Assembly: GCA_046047935.1 (NCBI GenBank)
Contig: JBJOHA010000058.1
Span: 16,601-80,600, forward strand
DNA from: Cyanobacteriota bacterium
GTDB taxonomy: Bacteria > Cyanobacteriota > Cyanobacteriia > PCC-6307 > Cyanobiaceae
Reading direction: 5' to 3'
Length of the DNA: 64,000 bases
The position numbers and the translations under genes were made by a program. Position 1 is the first letter of the stretch, and each line of letters starts with the position of its first letter. Below are positions 61,201-64,000 of this stretch, in pieces. The notes under the pieces are model-generated. The model did not search any database and was not told the origin of the DNA. It was given only the letters and a program-made list of their open reading frames with translations.

Positions 61201-61790
61201 GACACCGACAGCTGATCACTGGGATAGCCGAGGGTGCTGGGGGCAGGGCGAGCGATCCAACGCAGGCAGAGACCTTGAGGGGTGGCCTCCAAGGGGAGGT
61301 CTGGGCTGCTGCCTTGGCCGGGAATGGTGACCGTCACGCTCTGGCGCTGAGGAGTGCGCAGCCAGAGCTTGTCGTCGTCGCCATCGGCTGGGGCTGTGTA
61401 ATCCCCCCAAGAGACCGTGGCTTGGATGGTGGAGCCCCGCTCCAGGATGAAGCTGAGGCCGCAGGAGGAGGTGAACCAACTGCGGCGGGTGTTGGCCTGA
61501 TCGAGGGCATCGTTGGCGTCGTCGTCCTTTTCCTGCTTCTCCAGGCGATGGGTCGCCTCGCTGCTGGGTTCTTCGCCAGCGAGATCCGAGAAGGAGAGTT
61601 GCTCATCTGGTGTGGTGCGGCCAGCTTCCTGCTGGAACACATGGGGCACCAGGAAGCCCGTGGTGTACCAGACCGAGGGCGGCTGGGGCAGGGGCTCATG
61701 GCGACGGGCGACATCGTCCCAGCCGGGGCCGATCAGGTCGCTGTGCAGGGCGGCGACGAGCTGGGAGCGGATGTCAGCGGAGGTGGCCAT
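58251..61790 (-). CDS. drmA: DISARM SF2 helicase
   Basis: PTGGGKTEAYL, QDELH, ASTAT, ATNMISVGLDI, QATSRVGR. Confidence 0.9.
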   Translation of the reverse strand: MATSADIRSQLVAALHSDLIGPGWDDVARRHEPLPQPPSVWYTTGFLVPHVFQQEAGRTTPDEQLSFSDLAGEEPSSEATHRLEKQEKDDDANDALDQANTRRSWFTSSCGLSFILERGSTIQATVSWGDYTAPADGDDDKLWLRTPQRQSVTVTIPGQGSSPDLPLEATPQGLCLRWIARPAPSTLGYPSDQLSVSLFLLNKREPPKTNQIRYRDPVSAFQVELSLHCARGFPPRRDALQQVAKDPDERLAALQYRRDYCFATGHNVAVIASGIQDDNPARCHTLTTTWLPTARVFRTLPEPPPGTNVPMGMEALADLARSERIGQELMPMVTAYRAWIIQQPKHPISDNDQNETAKQLRAQAEACAKRIENGIKLLADPLVREAFRTMNVVMARAQRQRSAFTAKVPPDQIGMAPNTRIPKWRFFQLAFVLMNLPGLATPETPEGRLDRETVELLFFPTGGGKTEAYLGLAAFTLVHRRLLSPGIESAGITVLMRYTLRLLTLDQLGRAATLICALELERLERIETSAPYLLGEWPFEIGMWVGKAATPNKLGGPGDSDQQSTHAVLTKWKAGKRDRPIPIETCPWCNRPLQPDGFHLLPPRHPDRLEIYCREPRSPEAKQDFAPMGPCPFHKGTPLPLLAVDEQIYRRLPCFLIATVDKFAALPWVGQTSALFGNVSTYQLPHGSGAAGFWGPAEKASGGLKIPQGRLLPPELVIQDELHLISGPLGTLAGLYEAVIEGLMRPNSSSPPPKIIASTATVRRAEAQIKALFARSQVRIFPPPGPERDDNFFSRTIPDPDQARLYVGLSAPGRNLKGVLLRSYLGLMAAAQKAWNDNKPMGANNPADPYMTLLGYFSNLKELGVTRSILEDELGGQLEQFAKNRSLPMEGFENPFASRKRPKEPQELTSRVNTAEISSTKDRLSKPYIDKDHLDVTLATNMISVGLDISRLGLMVVLNQPKTAAEYIQATSRVGRQLSDKPEQNKPGLVLVLLNPNRPRDRSHFELFPYWHQTFYRHVEATSCTPFASRALDRGLPGVVVAMARHGDPALAPAKGAMAADALQRIKAQIAKALQDRCIATGAADDTLDEHLPNDVRDHVIDLLEAWWKLTQEDNMKLQYWTHEDKGAGLGLLHTALDTESTYKGEGYKQFTTNWSLREVEPSAPIRMVNFREEITADD

Positions 61791-61793
61791 GGG

Positions 61794-61955
61794 TCAGGGG
61801 AGCTCCCGATCGAGGCGATCGAGCAGCCGACGGCACTGATCGACCAACACAGGCAGATTGCCGTGCTCGTCGAGGCGGATGCCAGCGATCGCCTGGTGGA
61901 TGGCTTGCCCGGCCTCCAGGATGTCGCTCAGGTAGGCCCGGGGGTCACGCTGCAT
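61794..61955 (-). pseudogene. HepT/DUF86 (HEPN) toxin with internal in-frame deletion
   Basis: 53 aa: DUF86-like start MQRDPRAYLSDIL joined to C-terminal-like HGNLPVL; no RX4-6H; overlaps the MNT stop. Confidence 0.7.
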
Positions 61956-62265
61956 CGATCTGCTGCTTGCTGGCCTCGATGCTTTGTTTGATGCAGGGAT
62001 TGCGGACGGCATCGGCCATCACCAGATCGACTTGCGAGGCCAGGGCCAGGCGCAGGTCGTTCAGGAGAGCGAAGCAGGCCTTGTAAAGGCTGCCGGGATC
62101 AAGTGGCAGAAACTCCACCAGCAGGTCGATGTCGCTTTCTCCAGGCCGGTAATCGGGCCTCAGCACCGAGCCGAACACATCCATGCGCGCCACGTGGCGC
62201 CGCCGGCAGGCGTCGGCGATGGCGTCAAGCTGGGGTTGGGGAAGGGGATGAGCCATGGCCTCCAT
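61945..62265 (-). CDS. Minimal nucleotidyltransferase (MntA-like antitoxin)
   Basis: VFGSVLR...SDIDLLVEF, VDLV. Confidence 0.88.
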   Translation of the reverse strand: MEAMAHPLPQPQLDAIADACRRRHVARMDVFGSVLRPDYRPGESDIDLLVEFLPLDPGSLYKACFALLNDLRLALASQVDLVMADAVRNPCIKQSIEASKQQIDAA

Positions 62266-62270
62266 TGTGC

Positions 62271-62771
62271 TCAGGCTTTCAGGGTTGCGGCGATGTCGAC
62301 CAACCGCAGCAGCAGCATGTTGGGGTCGCTGGGCGATGGATCAAAGCCCAGGTGCAGAGAGAACTCCCGTGCCGCTGCCGATGCGGCATGCACCACGAGT
62401 CCGCGCACGCCGATCTGCTCACTGGCCATCCGTACCCGCTCAAAGGCATCGGCCAGAAGGGCGCGGGCGATTCCCTGGCCCTGAAGGCTGCGGCAGACCG
62501 CCAGACGTGCCAGCACCACCACGGGGATCGGATCGGGCATGTTGCGCCGGAAGCGGCCAGGACTGGCGGCTACGGCCACGGCACCGGAGGCCAGGGCCAC
62601 GTAGGCCTTCACCGCGCCATCGACACAGCAGACCACAAACGTGCGTGTGGCGCCGCTGCGCTGGTTGCCCAGGGCCCGTTGCTGAAGCCACCGGTTGAGG
62701 GAGTCGTCCCCGCAGTCAAACCCTGCGGTGCTGTGGCTTTCTGCCAGAGGTTGCGGTGCTTGCAGCCTCAT
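62271..62771 (-). CDS. GNAT toxin, AtaT/TacT/KacT family
   Basis: FDCG...LNRWL, RNMPDPIPVVVLARLAV, QGQGIA, LVVHA. Confidence 0.88.
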   Translation of the reverse strand: MRLQAPQPLAESHSTAGFDCGDDSLNRWLQQRALGNQRSGATRTFVVCCVDGAVKAYVALASGAVAVAASPGRFRRNMPDPIPVVVLARLAVCRSLQGQGIARALLADAFERVRMASEQIGVRGLVVHAASAAAREFSLHLGFDPSPSDPNMLLLRLVDIAATLKA

Positions 62772-63043
62772 CCGGCCTGCCAGGGCCTGGGGGCAGCCAT
62801 GGTGCGCCGAAGTCGCTCATTCGGATTGGCCGGAGCATCGAGCCGGCGGCGGAATGCCTCGAAGGCCTCTGGTTCGATGGCAGACCAGGCCTGCTCCACC
62901 AGAAGCTCCTGGGCTGCAGCCCGAGCCGCCTTCAGCACGAAATCGGTCCGGGTCAGTCCTGAGGCGTTAACAGCGCGATCGATCAGCTCCTGATCGCCAG
63001 GAGTCACGCGCAGATTCCAGCTGAGCCGAGGGGTGACGGCCAT
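62768..63043 (-). CDS. DUF1778 RHH antitoxin
   Basis: NLRV...LIDRA...RTDFVL.AA..AA, LDAP..PNERL; ATGA overlap with the GNAT gene. Confidence 0.9.
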   Translation of the reverse strand: MAVTPRLSWNLRVTPGDQELIDRAVNASGLTRTDFVLKAARAAAQELLVEQAWSAIEPEAFEAFRRRLDAPANPNERLRRTMAAPRPWQAG

Positions 63044-63082
63044 GGTTGCACATCGGTTCTTGCCTCATCCTACTTAGATTGG

Positions 63083-63095
63083 TAGACGGCGTCTA
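63083..63095. promoter_or_regulatory. Possible operator palindrome upstream of the antitoxin
   Basis: TAGAC-GGC-GTCTA, 40 bp upstream of the antitoxin ATG. Confidence 0.3.
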
Positions 63096-63382
63096 TCAGC
63101 CCTAGACGTTGCTGGTGGGAGTATCCAGCCGGCAGTGGCTTTGCCTTGCGCTTGATCCGCTCCAGGGCCTCCAGCAGGGGGTGAGCAGCAGAAGCAGCTG
63201 CTCGCAGCTGAGCGGTGTCTGGACGGCTGAGCTGGGCATGGCACCAGGCCGAACAATTCGGCATGGAAGGTTCCAGTCGCGCCCGCCTCGGCGGTCGTGG
63301 CCATGGCGATGGCCAAACGAGTGCCTCGAGCACAAAGCCAAACCATCGTCTAATTTGAAGCAAGTTTGAAGTTCATGGACCC

Positions 63383-64000
63383 TTGTCCACCCGGCTGCCC
63401 CGCAAGCCCCCGCCTCTGCAGGAGCTGTTGGAGCGTTGCGGCGGGCTGCAGGAGACGCTGTCGCTGCTCTCCCTCCTGGCCGCCGCAGAGGAGTCGGATC
63501 GCTACCTGCATTGGGATGAACTGCGCCATCGCCCACCGCCCCAGGGTCTGAGCCATGAGCAATGGTGGCTGGCGGAGAAGCTCTCCCGCCGCCCCACCCC
63601 CCTGCCGCTTCTGGCGAGTGATCGCCAGCCGTTCTGGTTCTCGCAGCCGCCTGTGCTGCTCCAGGGGCTGCATCAGATCGACCTGCAGGCCGGTATCCAT
63701 GCGGTGGCTCCCCGGGGCGTCACCAGTCGCTCCACCCGCGATCGCTATCTGTTGAGCTCGCTGATGGAGGAGGCGATCACCTCCTCGCAGATGGAGGGCG
63801 CCGCCACAACGCGGGATGTGGCCAAGGCGATGATCCGCAGCCGCCGGCCGCCCCGGGACCGCTCCGAGCGGATGATCCTCAACAACTTCCTGACGATGCA
63901 GCGCATCCGGGAGCTGCGGGAGCAACCGCTGACACCTGAACTGGTGCTGGATCTGCACCGGCTGGTGAGCGCGGACACGCTGGATGACCCCGGGGATGCC
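63383..64000 (+). CDS. Fic family protein, N-terminal part; runs off the right edge
   Basis: Manual translation from TTG 63383: YLHWDELR, SSLMEEAITSSQMEGA, ERMILNN, LTPELVLDLHRLV. The Fic catalytic motif is not within the window. Confidence 0.8.
   Translation, partial: MSTRLPRKPPPLQELLERCGGLQETLSLLSLLAAAEESDRYLHWDELRHRPPPQGLSHEQWWLAEKLSRRPTPLPLLASDRQPFWFSQPPVLLQGLHQIDLQAGIHAVAPRGVTSRSTRDRYLLSSLMEEAITSSQMEGAATTRDVAKAMIRSRRPPRDRSERMILNNFLTMQRIRELREQPLTPELVLDLHRLVSADTLDDPGDA

Noticed and set aside
61945-62265. Possible decay of the MNT antitoxin (Cys/Asp where Tyr might be expected)
   Set aside because: The catalytic GS...DxD motif is intact; the substitutions cannot be judged without an alignment.
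63070-63363. Possible antitoxin remnant (LEALERIKRKAKPLPAGY)
   Set aside because: Only a short stretch looks protein-like; no convincing start or family.

Overview
GC-rich cyanobacterial chromosome segment; the gene set fits a picocyanobacterium of the Cyanobium/Synechococcus type (inference). Most of it is housekeeping: coaE, gatB, thiO, ndk, hisC, trpG/pabA, dgkA, ybeY, prfB with its +1 frameshift, grxC-gshB, menF/A/C/E plus DHNA-CoA thioesterase, ndhH, rsmH, iscS, a ycf29-like regulator, maf, folP, sbcDC. Accessory blocks are inserted among these: (i) a lower-GC surface-polysaccharide block (sulfotransferase-like gene, 1391-aa multidomain glycosyltransferase, ABC exporter); (ii) a membrane-anchored lysozyme-C39 peptidase fusion inside the men cluster; (iii) a FUSC-FUSC-TolC operon facing an orphan HlyD-type adaptor; (iv) the best candidate for an undescribed system, a two-gene RiPP-like operon (44687-46569) with a Cys-motif precursor (GCPHCCSG) translationally coupled to a DUF692/MNIO enzyme with a fused C-terminal partner-like domain; (v) a defence island at the right end: DISARM core drmABC preceded by two toxin-antitoxin pairs whose toxins look disabled, then a divergent Fic gene. 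No rRNA, tRNA, CRISPR array or transposase was recognised. Starts that differ from the ORF track were chosen by eye. All family calls come from motif recognition, not database searches.
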